From Craspedostauros australis (Eukaryota), in contig JALAGF010004817.1 of NCBI GenBank assembly GCA_030167865.1, forward strand, positions 62,001 to 117,415: a stretch of 55,415 bases of DNA, in the 5' to 3' direction. Of the stretch, positions 32,035 to 43,100 are shown piece by piece. Every line of letters starts with the position of its first letter. The first letter of the stretch is position 1. The translations under genes were made by a program, and so were the position numbers. The notes under the pieces were generated by a model that was not told where the DNA came from, ran no database searches, and saw nothing but the letters and a program-made list of their open reading frames with translations.

Positions 32035-35000
32035 TTACATTATCATACGGTACACGTTCTGCCGCGCCTCGACCATGTCCCGAAAGTCGTCGGATACTGC
32101 ATCCTCTGCCAACAGGCGCCCGAATTCCAGCAGCTCCAAAATGAGCTCGACAGAACCCAGCCGGACAGACGGGTCGCATTGAGTCACCTCGACGCATGCA
32201 CATCTTCCGCAATACACGAACTTGGTATTGGAGCTTGCGCGAGCAAACAGCAGGATCTCCTTCGCCGGTTGACGCTCCTCGTCTCCATCCTTCGTTGTGT
32301 CTCCGTTCGCACCGACGGCTTGTCCGTCGTGCTGTTCCATCCCATGGCTTCCAACATCCGCCTTTGCTTCCAGCTCGCGCATGATATCTTCGTAAAGATC
32401 CAATTCGCTCCTTCCCCTCGGTCCGCGCTTCTCGGGCGTCACGCCGAAGTTCAAATACCTGCCGCCCTCCATGAATTCATTTTCGTAGCGCCCGAACGCT
32501 GGCTTGCCGCCGAAATTCACGAACAACACGAATGCATTCGTCATCTGCACGACCCCACCACGCCGCTGGTACGACAGGTGAGTGTTGAGTGGTAGCGTAT
32601 TCAAAAAGTGATGTCCCACCACGCGGTTGACGCAGGAGTCCTTCGTGTATCCCAGGCTCATGCCGGGCGTTGGCAGGTTTTCCAAAAATCCAGGAATCTC
32701 GGACAAAACCAATCGTGGCCTCTTCGGTTTGCCGTTCGTGCCGAATTTGGTATCATGCTCCTCCTTCTTGAGAGCGCGCTCCTTCTGCCTCCTGGCGCTC
32801 CTTTCTTCGATAAGGCTGATGGGAACCTGCGTGGGCAAAGGCGGTGTGTCCTGCCGACCCGTGTGCCACGTTTGACGGGCGATGGACTGGCCAAGGTAAT
32901 CCTTGATGGATCCCATCGGAACTTCGTAAACGTGACCATCCAGGAATGTCAAGTCGTCCTCCAGCGCAACGAACCGCAGAGAGGTGCGAAGTTTGGAATG
33001 GACCGCAAAGAACCTGTTGTTGTACATCTTGGACACGGAGGAATTGTGATGCAGTATGGATTCCAGGAGCACCGGTAACACCGCCGCATCCAGCGCGCCG
33101 TATTCGAGCTGTTCTGCCGTGAGTGGACGCAGGTTCCAGTCCGAACACTGCTGCGTCTTATCCAACCGCTTTTCCATGAGCGATGCCACCATCTTCGACA
33201 GGCTCGTCATGCAGCGTTTGATTTTGAAGGATTTCGGGAATGCTGTATTGGATACGGAAGGCAGGTCGATGACGGACTCGTACAATTCGAATGCTTTTTG
33301 CTTTGGGAACGACGCCGCCAGCTTGCCGATGTCTTGCTGAATACCAAATCCGACCAGTGCGATGGCCTTGGATCGCAGCAGAGCCTGCAGCGCAGACGTC
33401 AGCAGCTGTCTGGTTTCATGCGATTCGCTTGGTGAGGGCTCAGAAAAGATGGTCCGAACGTCGATGACGAAGGCCGCGTTGCGACTGCTCAGTTGCAGCG
33501 TTTCAACGGGGCTGTCCTTGCCACACTGGGACCCAGGCCTCCATTCGCAATCCAACCCCCAGGCGCATTTCAGGATCAACAGATCGCCATCACTGTTTAC
33601 TCCTTTCTCTGCCGTTGTTGCTTTGGATTCCGCAGGTGCGGTCGTCTCCTCATCCTGTTCTTTCAACTTCTCGTTTGCGTAATCAAGCGTGCGTTGCACT
33701 TCGGCAGCGAAGGCACGGGCTGACTCGAGATTGTTAACGAGCGTCACCGATGGCGCTGGGATGGTTCTGTCATCATGGTCGTTATCGACATCGTTGTTGT
33801 TAGTGCGTCCAGCAGTCGGAAACACTTCCGCAAGCGTGAGCCGTTCCATCGAATCAATGTCCGGAAGCAACGCATCGTCGTCTTCCTCCACAGCCTTCAG
33901 CTTTTCTTCCATCTGCTGCCGTTGCTGTCTCTTCAATTTCAGCTTTTGACGACGTCGGCTGCCCTTGACCATCTCACGAGATTGGGTGAAGGTGATTGCG
34001 GGACCCTCGCCCAAGTTCGCGCTCTCCAACGATTTGTCATCTCGCTTCCACCATCTTGTGGTGGGTCGGAGGCTGCGCGGTGCAAAGTCCGTCGGGACGC
34101 CGTCGATGATCGAAGTGCTGGACGCATTCTGCAGGCTCTCCTTGAACGCCTCAATCTGTGGAACCACGTCCTCACCCATGTTGACGCAATCGATGGCGAA
34201 TCTCGGATCCAGGTCACCGTACATGCGCTCGTCAGACTCGGATTCCCGATAATTGACGAATTTACCACCAGCGCGAAGCTGTTCCGCCTCCTTCTGGTAC
34301 ATGTAGTCACACAGTTCTTCCGGCAAGTGCGTTGGCGCGATGGAGCACGGTGTTTGACCCTTGTTGTTGACAAACAACAACGAGGCACCTTCGTCCAGGA
34401 AGTACCGGATCATCTCGTCACGGCATTGGGTGAGGCTGTAGAAAATCGGCGTCTTGCCGTAGTTGCTGCTGCCCACGGAGACGCGGTTGATGACGTCGGC
34501 CGTCTCGTCGAACTTCTTCGATGTTTCCACCAGCAGCCGGACAGTGGCCATGTCACCCTTCCAGGCCGCCAAATGCAACGCGTTGCGATCCGGCCCCAAC
34601 TTCGGGCACACCTTCATGACTGCGGCGAAATCGTCGGTATCGACGGCTTCGGCCACCAGCTTCTCCACGTCAGAGAATCTGCCCTTCCTCCTCGCCGTGG
34701 ATCGCAGCAGCTTGGCCCGATCGATGGCGTTGGGGAGCTTACGATACTCTGCCAATCGGTCCATGGGTGTCTGGTAGCTGCTTGGTCTCGTTTTGCCGGA
34801 ATTCTTGTCGGAATTTTGCTTTGAACCCTGGGATGCTTGAGATCGATGGTCCGTGTCCATGTCCATGTCCATGCTGGCGTCGCCGTCGCTGCTTGCATTC
34901 ATCACTGCCGAATCCTGCGCAGCCAAAGTTGACAAGGATGTGGGTGACTTGGAAAATGGATGAATTGCCACGCCAACGGCGTTGGTCTCCCTGGCGATGT

Positions 35001-36156
35001 CCATCATTCGTCCTTTGGTCAGAAGCAGCGACTTACCCAACATGCCCGATCCCAGGCTCAGGACTTGGCCATCGTCCATGTCGGCGACCGCTTGCTCCAC
35101 AAACAACTGCATGTCAGTTGCATGGCAGATGGGCGGCATGGTGCCGGATTGGAATTCCGTCAAGCCTTCGGCCGTGTCCCGCGGGGCCAAGGAGATATGC
35201 GGCGACGATGTTGTGCCTGATGGGTAGATCGATCGCAAAGCATTGCGGATCTTGTACAGATCGACCTTGTCTTCCATTTGGCACACCGTGACAATGTACA
35301 ATGGGTTCTCCAGTCGTTGCTGTTGTTGTTGTTGTTGTTGTTGTTGCTGCTGCAGTGCAGTGTTGGTATCGTCCACTGCGACATTCAGGCCATCAGGAGT
35401 ACCTCCGCTTGCAAAACCAACTTGATCGAGGAAGAAATTGGTGACCTCCCAAACGAGCGTCTTGACCTCAATGACACCAGCGGCCCGGGTATCCGATGGC
35501 CCAGCATGTTTAGCCATGGCAGAAGGATCTTGGACGTCGCCATTGAATAACGTTCCAGACTTCAACGCCGCGTGCTGCACATTGTCCCAATCCTGATCGA
35601 CAATGATTTCGTAATCACTGGGCGAGTGGATGATGCTGGTTCCGAAAAGTCGCGTTTCCAACAGCGACTGCTGTTCTTGTGGTTCCGCAGTCGCAACGGC
35701 AGATGTTGTCGGACGTCGAGTTTCGCCCTCCATGCCACCTGCACTCGGTTCATCGCAGTTCGAATTTGCAAGGGTCATGCTGATGCGGCTTGCGGTGAAG
35801 GTGCGCGATCCGAAAGATCGATGGAAATCAGCACCCGATCCCGAAGAAGAAAGGCGACAGGGTGTTGAAGCGGCGGCGGCGAGGAAGTGTCGGCCCTGGT
35901 GTTGCCGGGCCCCTGCACGAGCTCCGAGTTGAGCCCTGTGTGCGAATGCCACGCCGTGGGCTCGGATGTTGCCGCGGATGTTGTGGCCGATGCGACTGTT
36001 GCCAATAGCGAAGCAATGGAAGCAATGGACCGTGGGAATGAAGGGCAGCAGCAAACACAACAGCAGCAGCAGCAGCGGCGGCGGCAGCGCCACTGACGCG
36101 ATGGGCGACGTGATGATGCTGTTCACCTTGACCAAGCCCCGACAAATCCGATGCAT
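32035..36156 (-). CDS. Multidomain protein (1373 aa): targeting presequence, YbaK/ProX-like domain, ankyrin repeats, DEDDy 3'-5' exonuclease (EXD3/Mut-7-like), SRA/DUF3427-like C-domain
   Basis: YbaK: VKTLVW...KVDLYKI...SGTMPP...LGSG. Ankyrin: NALHLAAWKGD, GKTPIFYS, GQTPCSIA. Exo I/II/III: GLDCEW, GFGIQQD, SDWNLRPLTAEQLEYGALDA. C-domain: FVLFVN...YENEF...ILLFAR...FVYCG. Confidence 0.9.
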   Translation of the reverse strand: MHRICRGLVKVNSIITSPIASVALPPPLLLLLLCLLLPFIPTVHCFHCFAIGNSRIGHNIRGNIRAHGVAFAHRAQLGARAGARQHQGRHFLAAAASTPCRLSSSGSGADFHRSFGSRTFTASRISMTLANSNCDEPSAGGMEGETRRPTTSAVATAEPQEQQSLLETRLFGTSIIHSPSDYEIIVDQDWDNVQHAALKSGTLFNGDVQDPSAMAKHAGPSDTRAAGVIEVKTLVWEVTNFFLDQVGFASGGTPDGLNVAVDDTNTALQQQQQQQQQQQQRLENPLYIVTVCQMEDKVDLYKIRNALRSIYPSGTTSSPHISLAPRDTAEGLTEFQSGTMPPICHATDMQLFVEQAVADMDDGQVLSLGSGMLGKSLLLTKGRMMDIARETNAVGVAIHPFSKSPTSLSTLAAQDSAVMNASSDGDASMDMDMDTDHRSQASQGSKQNSDKNSGKTRPSSYQTPMDRLAEYRKLPNAIDRAKLLRSTARRKGRFSDVEKLVAEAVDTDDFAAVMKVCPKLGPDRNALHLAAWKGDMATVRLLVETSKKFDETADVINRVSVGSSNYGKTPIFYSLTQCRDEMIRYFLDEGASLLFVNNKGQTPCSIAPTHLPEELCDYMYQKEAEQLRAGGKFVNYRESESDERMYGDLDPRFAIDCVNMGEDVVPQIEAFKESLQNASSTSIIDGVPTDFAPRSLRPTTRWWKRDDKSLESANLGEGPAITFTQSREMVKGSRRRQKLKLKRQQRQQMEEKLKAVEEDDDALLPDIDSMERLTLAEVFPTAGRTNNNDVDNDHDDRTIPAPSVTLVNNLESARAFAAEVQRTLDYANEKLKEQDEETTAPAESKATTAEKGVNSDGDLLILKCAWGLDCEWRPGSQCGKDSPVETLQLSSRNAAFVIDVRTIFSEPSPSESHETRQLLTSALQALLRSKAIALVGFGIQQDIGKLAASFPKQKAFELYESVIDLPSVSNTAFPKSFKIKRCMTSLSKMVASLMEKRLDKTQQCSDWNLRPLTAEQLEYGALDAAVLPVLLESILHHNSSVSKMYNNRFFAVHSKLRTSLRFVALEDDLTFLDGHVYEVPMGSIKDYLGQSIARQTWHTGRQDTPPLPTQVPISLIEERSARRQKERALKKEEHDTKFGTNGKPKRPRLVLSEIPGFLENLPTPGMSLGYTKDSCVNRVVGHHFLNTLPLNTHLSYQRRGGVVQMTNAFVLFVNFGGKPAFGRYENEFMEGGRYLNFGVTPEKRGPRGRSELDLYEDIMRELEAKADVGSHGMEQHDGQAVGANGDTTKDGDEERQPAKEILLFARASSNTKFVYCGRCACVEVTQCDPSVRLGSVELILELLEFGRLLAEDAVSDDFRDMVEARQNVYRMIM

Positions 36157-38296
36157 TCCGTCAGCCGTGGCAGTCTTGTGATGGATTCCGTTCTCTCTCC
36201 TCTCGCGTTGGACTCGCTGATCAGTGGTGCCAATGACCCCGATGCTGAGCGATGCTCTTGATGCGTTTTGAATGATGGCGTTTTACGCCGTCTCCGCTCC
36301 TCTCTTCTTTGTTCTCGTGTCTATTATCCCTTTACGAGTATCGTGCGAATGCTGATGATGACTCAGCTGCGGCTGCCGCGATGGTGTCGAGGCAGAGTGC
36401 AGACTGTTTGGAGGATCGGAAACGAAAGAACGAAAGGTGACAATTTCTGACGCGGCCAGAGACGTTGTTGATGGGTCTTTCATTCATGAGTACGAAACTC
36501 ATGACTCGTCTGAGAATGTTCAAATGAGTCCAATAGGGTGTCCGAAAGAGACGCTATTGTCTCAAGAAAGGTGTCCTGAGTTGTTTGGACTGGAATGGTG
36601 AAGAGAGGATGCTCTTCACTTGTTGATGCACAGAGTGAGTTGTCGCTGTGGTAAGAATGCCGTGTCTTGACAAATTCGTATTGTGTTCCACGAGTACCTC
36701 GTCAATCCCCCAATTCGCAATCCCGGAATCCAACAACTCCGAGCACACAACAAACGGCAATGCAGAAGTCATGGCGAGAGCTCACACTGGCAACACAACA
36801 CACCGCACCACACCGCAAAGCAGATCGGTGCACTTTGTTGCCACAAAGTGAGGCAGCGCGGTTGCATTCACAAAGTCCATGTGTTGTCCAGCACATTGTG
36901 ATGAAGAAATGTCTAAGACACCATTGGATAGTGCCCCAGAAGTATGGGTTTTCCACAAGTCAAGTGTGCAAAACTTGCTCATTCGCCAAAGGAAAAGGAC
37001 AATGGCGCAGAGCGCGCGAAAAGGTGTCTGTTGAAGAGAACCTTGAAGTTGGACTCTGGTGCAAGAAGTTATGCAACCAGGCAAATGGTGACAAATCCGC
37101 CCAGTCAATTTGACATCGCCGATCACCAACACAGTCGTCCCATGCGCGAGGCGATGGCGAGGTTGGCGTCGATGTTGATGTTGATGTCGATGTCGGCGTC
37201 AGTGTCAATAGCGTTTGACCAACGGAGCGGATGGAGATAGCGCCGAGAGCTGTGGAGCAAAGCGTGGAGCACGACCCAGAATACACATACTCCGCGTGTG
37301 CTCTCTCCTGTATGCGCTCATGAACAGGTTAACGTTGGTGCTCGTAACTCTTGCAGTAGAACAGAACAGTCGAGACTGTGGCAAATAACGCCGCCACCAT
37401 CTGAAGCGCCAACAGCAAATGCAAATGCAACCGCATCAATAACAAGGAGAAAGGTTGCAGCGAACCAATCCACAGAAGGAAGAAGGTGGCATTTTGCTCG
37501 CCTCGGCTGGTGCCAGGCAACAGGAAACTGTGCAGAGTGAAAACTCTGGAAATGCTCTGTTCTTCGTGCTGCAGAGTGCCCGCGTACTCCAGCCGCATTC
37601 GTTTCCTCTTGGCGACTCGACGCAAGTTCGGCTTTGGCGTCAGTGGCTCGTATTCCTGCTCAATGTGCTCCTTGTGCTCATGGGCCCCGCGTGTCATCAG
37701 GATAGCCGCATCGGTACATCATCATGTCTTCTCTCTACTCGCATGGAGAGAGAGGGAGAGGCAAGTGATGTGGTTGGGGGCACATGGCGCGGATGCGTGG
37801 GGGTATCGAAGCCACCCTCGCCTGTTCCTCACCAGGTACATGATCCGAGCCGATACGCCCAGTTGACGCTGCAGGATGACGTCAAGTTGAAGCCACCAGC
37901 GTGTGCGGCCTACTCTGTCTGCACTCTCTCGGGTATCTTTCTCCGTCATTTCTTCCCTGGACCATTTGCATCGCCCAGCAGTGTGGAACGGAACTCAGGC
38001 AAGCTCGCACACATACACGCAAACACACAAACATGAGCGATACTTGTAATGAAAAGATGAGACGACGAGAGATCTGTACGGCGAAGAAATTGACATCGGT
38101 TTGTTGCTGGCACTACTTGACATAATAGAATCTAATACTATTATTAGTACTGGTAGGGAGTTCATGTCCTTACGTAGAATAGCATGCTGCTCGTGGAGTA
38201 ATACTCTTGCGTATTGGTAGCGTGTGGTTTTACTATGTGTGTTTTGTTCATTTACAAGCATGGCTGAGACTGACAGCATCAGCGTCTAGCGGCGCA

Positions 38297-40189
38297 CTAT
38301 TCCTGTTGCTGCCGCCGCTGCTGCTGTTCCCGCAGTTCCTGGTTCCGTCTGCTGTTTGCAATCTTGGCCTGCCGGCCGTCCCATTCGAAGTTGATGTCGT
38401 TCAGAAGATTGATGCGCTCCGGATTTATCGTCGACTTATCCCCGCGCTTGTGCAAGTTATACTGTCGGCGCTGTCCCTTCACCCAGACCCCGAGCTTGGG
38501 ATTTTCGGGATAGCTGGTCGGCACATTGCAATGTCCCTCCCTGGCCTTGAACCTCTTCAGATCTTCGTAGCGCTCCGTCCAAACAGCCGCGTGGGAATCC
38601 CAGCAGAAGAGGATCTTCTCCAATGCCGCCTGGCGATCATCCGTGAGCGTGGAATGCTGCCCTTCCATCTTTTGCTTGTATTGGTATCGCTGCCGCTTGA
38701 CCCACTGCGAGAGCGACTTGCCGTCCTTGGGTTCCACCATGCAGTGCCCATTGTGTCTGCGGAACTCACACAGCTCTTGGTACCGTAGCATCCACAGATC
38801 GTTCTGGTACGGACGCACGACGGAGGCGTCGTGCATGCCAGCCATGAACGGGGCCATGGAAAGAGACGACATGAGGTTGCTCGCGCCAAGTTGCATGTTT
38901 GCAGTCATGTCCATGTCCATGCCCACACTCATATTCATGCCTATGTCCGTATTCGTATTCATGATTGTGTTGGTGCCCATGTTCATGCCCGCATGCGGAG
39001 TGACACCGCTGCCATCACTCGTGCCCAATGCCATGCTACTGCTCCGGTTGTTCCCGTCGGTACCAAGATCTGGCAACGACGAGACGCCCGTGGTGGCCAT
39101 GGTGGACATGGACGGCAACGCCCACGGTGCCTGCTCGATGAGCGGTGAAACTCGTTCCTGCGGCGACGTTGGAGGAATGCCGTGGTTCTTGGCGATTGGA
39201 GTACTGTGGCCACGCAAGGATAGAAAGGATGTCATGGATGGTTCGTTGAACGCGCTCGGAGAAGACGACAGCTTCAACCGTTTTGTTGCTTGTTCCGAGA
39301 ACTGCAGCGATGGCTCTTCATGTGACGATGATGGATCTTGATTCTGGCCTTGCGTCTGGTCTTGGATTGATTCCTGGCTCCACGCCCGATTCTGGTCCTG
39401 TCCTTGCGTCGCCTGCTGCTGCTGCTGCTGCGTGCCAGTGCCAAGGTGTCCCTTGCGTTTCAGTCCCAGTTGACTTGGGCGGAATCGACTGAGTCTGTCC
39501 TGCAGTTGTCGTTGTTGGCGATGGATATGCTCGACTTGTTGGGAATCGAAGTTGATCGTGCCATCCTCAGACGACGTTGTGCCTTGATTGCCGCTCGACC
39601 ATACCGGCTGCTGCTGTTCACGCTGCTGTTCATCGGCAGTGTTGCGTGGTTCGAGGCGTATCGATGATATTGCCGATGGCAGCAACCTTGGCAGAGCGTC
39701 TACGCTTGTGTCGCCGATTGGTTGTGCCACAGAAGTGAACATCGGCCGTGTGTGAGGGAGCTGCGTCCGCGAGGTGTCATCGCGAGGAGGATGCGACAAG
39801 AAGCCTCCTGGTCTGGATCCGGAGCCATCGGAGAATACGTACTTCAGGAACCCTGACACTTCGCTTGCCTGATCGGGCAGGAATGAGTCGAGTGGTGCGA
39901 CGTTGCCGACGACTTGGACATCACGCGAATGGATTGGCCGAACATTGAGCAGGTCGGCGATCATTTGATGACTGTCGTGGGTGGCGGCTGGCTCGATGTT
40001 TTGCGCAGGATGACTTGTGCTGCTTGTTGTCTGATGTTGATGCTCTTGCTGTTGTCCTTGCTGCTGTGGATGGACGATCGGACGAAACGAATTGCGTGGA
40101 TTGCCGCCGCCGGATGCCGCTGCGGTGCTGACGCTACGGTTGGTGGTTGTGGTGTCGTCTTCGTTCCAACCAGATCGTTGGTGGTTCAT
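38297..40189 (-). CDS. Helicase-associated (HA) domain protein with two C-terminal HA repeats, putative DNA-binding regulator
   Basis: WMLRYQELCEFRRHNGHCMV...LSQWVKRQR...FCW and WTERYEDLKRFKAREGHCNVP...LGVWVKGQR...FEW. Gln/Ser/Met-rich disordered N-terminus. First ATG at 40189. Confidence 0.92.
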   Translation of the reverse strand: MNHQRSGWNEDDTTTTNRSVSTAAASGGGNPRNSFRPIVHPQQQGQQQEHQHQTTSSTSHPAQNIEPAATHDSHQMIADLLNVRPIHSRDVQVVGNVAPLDSFLPDQASEVSGFLKYVFSDGSGSRPGGFLSHPPRDDTSRTQLPHTRPMFTSVAQPIGDTSVDALPRLLPSAISSIRLEPRNTADEQQREQQQPVWSSGNQGTTSSEDGTINFDSQQVEHIHRQQRQLQDRLSRFRPSQLGLKRKGHLGTGTQQQQQQATQGQDQNRAWSQESIQDQTQGQNQDPSSSHEEPSLQFSEQATKRLKLSSSPSAFNEPSMTSFLSLRGHSTPIAKNHGIPPTSPQERVSPLIEQAPWALPSMSTMATTGVSSLPDLGTDGNNRSSSMALGTSDGSGVTPHAGMNMGTNTIMNTNTDIGMNMSVGMDMDMTANMQLGASNLMSSLSMAPFMAGMHDASVVRPYQNDLWMLRYQELCEFRRHNGHCMVEPKDGKSLSQWVKRQRYQYKQKMEGQHSTLTDDRQAALEKILFCWDSHAAVWTERYEDLKRFKAREGHCNVPTSYPENPKLGVWVKGQRRQYNLHKRGDKSTINPERINLLNDINFEWDGRQAKIANSRRNQELREQQQRRQQQE

Positions 40190-43100
40190 GGAAAGGATGG
40201 ATCGTCGCAACAGAGACAGCGGTGCATGTGGTAGTGCCCTCTGTCTTGAATGATGCTTTCGGTACTGCCTTGGTGTGCTCTTTTCTGTTCAGTCTCGTGT
40301 CACCTGGTTCAGGTTGTGCGACTATTGCTTGTGGGTATGTGCTGCTCGATGGCAAGGGCGCGTACGTGCGGTGAAGTTTCGACGGGGCGCGCTTCTGCTT
40401 CTGTGTGGTGACTCGTATCTGTGGGTTCTCGACCTGTTTGGGTCGCGTCAGTGGTTGTGTTGAAGTGTGCGGCCTTGCACTTTCTGGCGTATGCAGGCAG
40501 GTCTGATCTCCGGTGTGATTCGGCGTTGAATATGGGTTGGTTTGGTATAGTTTGTATGGTATCCAGTTGGCTTGATTTCGTATGGATGGGAGTTCGAGAT
40601 TGTGCGCAGGGGATACCAAGCGTCATGGATGTTGCCTCGACGAGTGGAAGTCTGTGGGCGAGGCGAGGTGTGGAACTGCGACCCAGGCAGACGCACTTGT
40701 GTGATCTGTACTCGGTGGTAGTCGTGTGTACGCAAGTTCTCGATCCAGCGTCAGTTCACAAAGTGCGAGAAGCAGTAGCGGTTGTCCTCTTTTGAGAGAA
40801 GGAAGGGTGAGACGAGTGTCGTGGACACAGTGGACAGCGCACAGTGCGGGAGGTAGAATGTGTGTGTGGTACCCGTTGTCGTTGCGGAGTTTCTGTCGAA
40901 TTGTGAGAAGAATTCATGTGTGGTACTGATAAGTCGTGGTCAACCGGGGCTTTGCTCAACACCAGAACGCCAAACTTCATTCTGTCGTCTTCATCACTCC
41001 CTTGGAATGGTGGTGTGATGCCATGAATGAGCACGCTGATGCTTCTTCAATTTTCGAAGCTTGACTGACTTGCAGCGATCTGGTCGGGGAATTGGGGGAT
41101 ATGTTTGTGTGAGAACTGTGGATTGAAGACGGAACACCAACACTTATTCAATTTCAATGTCCAGAACCTGTTCCGCGGCATTCAAGATCAACCGACAAAA
41201 CCGAAGGCATATCCTCAGCATATGCCTTTGATCTTACTGATTTCTCTCGTGATAGCAAGGGCCCAACTGTATCCATACAGAACATCGAGGGAACATATCT
41301 TGACTTTTCAGGGACTGCGTCGCTGCTTACGATGAGTCAAAGTCAACCCCGTTTTGTGCCTTTGGGAATGCGACTGGAAGAACCTGTTGGGAAGTCTCTG
41401 TACCTCATGACCACAAATACGACCACAAGAACGACTGTTCTGCGTTCTCCATACATGATAGCCAAAATGTTTGTTTTTGGACGAGCGCAGAATTGTCAAG
41501 GAACGAGTGCTTCTCCTTTCCTCAATACAATTTTGTCCAGTAATTTGTATCCTGCCATTCCAATGACAAACCGCAATCACGCACGCCGCCACAAACTCCA
41601 GAAGCAGGACAAACCGAGTAACAATGAGACGCACCGCAGAAATAAGCAACTATCGCTTCCACAACAACCGGTTATGTTTGCATCATCACGGACCTTTCGA
41701 ACTGTCAAGTCGGCAAGCCAGCGGACACCACAGAATACTCGAAATATCTTCTCCCACAGCACAACGGACCGAATTGGCGTGTACGGTACCGTTGTTTGGG
41801 TCAGCCAGGGTACAAAAAGATGAAGGAGCGACCGGAGATCTCTTCCCGTTCCCATGTGGCTTCTGTTCTTCCGCTTTGAGCGTGTTGCGCTCCTCTGAGG
41901 GACCGTGGTTGGGGAACATCGACGCATGGAAGGAGCGCTCTCCGACATGGCTCATACGGGTCGAGCGCGAGCCACAGCAAAGAATCTGCTGGTGCGAGTT
42001 CCCATGCAGATGCGCGTATGAATCGGTAGAAGGATGTGCATGGCAGAGTCGTTCCGTCGTTTCCGTCGCCGCTCGATCTCATCCACAGAGTAAGTGCAAC
42101 CAACAACTGCAGCAGAGTTCATGTTCCATCCCCACGAAGCAAGTGAGTTCTCGTATTGCATGGTACACGGACATGTCCACGTACTCGGACCACAGAGACC
42201 CTTCGACCACGTGAGGGTCACGCCTTTGTTCTTTCGTTTCTGTCGGGTATGCTCCGGGCGAGTGCCGAGCACATGGCGGTATCCACTCAACCCGAAACTT
42301 GGACAAACGGGTAGGAAACACTGCCCTTTCCGTGACGTGGGGCAGAGATGAGATGGGGTGAGATGGAGATGGGATGAGTTGAGGCGTGTCAGGGAATGTG
42401 TCGAAACCATGTTCAGCAGCTGCCAGGTGTCATCATCATGGGTCGTCGTTGTCAACTCCCGACCTTCTACCTTCCGGCGTTTTGATGATGGTCTGCGAAT
42501 CGCGCCGTAATTGCTTTCCGCTGTGGCTTCGAGAGGTCTGATGCGCACTGGGTAGTTACAGGAGAGCAGAGGAGGGTAGCGCACTCGTAGACTGGTGTGT
42601 TGCAGTGCCATGGTTGCAATCAAACCCAAATTAGCCCCTTCAGTGCCCCATGCAATCAAGCTCGCTTAACTGAAGAAAACGGCATCACGAGGACTCCTAG
42701 CGGTTCCCTTTGAGGTGGAGCACGACCCATCTTGCTTGTGGCTCATACGAGTACAGCAGAACGGATGCAACTTGAACGAAGGGCAAAATGTTGAAGCGCA
42801 ACAATGGAGTGCAATGGAGGAGCGTGGCGCGACGTAGCATCATGTATGGAACAACACCAGGTCGCCTTTACTCGTGGATGCAACTGGATCAGTGCACAGG
42901 CCAACCCTCGTTACTCGCACGCGTATGATCGTCCTGAGCGAGGGTGGAGATCGCCGCCCAGTGCAACATCTCGCAAAGAACATTGTTCTTTGATCGATTG
43001 CCTCCTTTGGTTGTGATTTTTTCGACAATAGACGAAGGTTGCATGGCATGTTGATCCTTGAACTCTGCTGTGCACCTTTCGCGAAAGGAGACGGGTTGTT

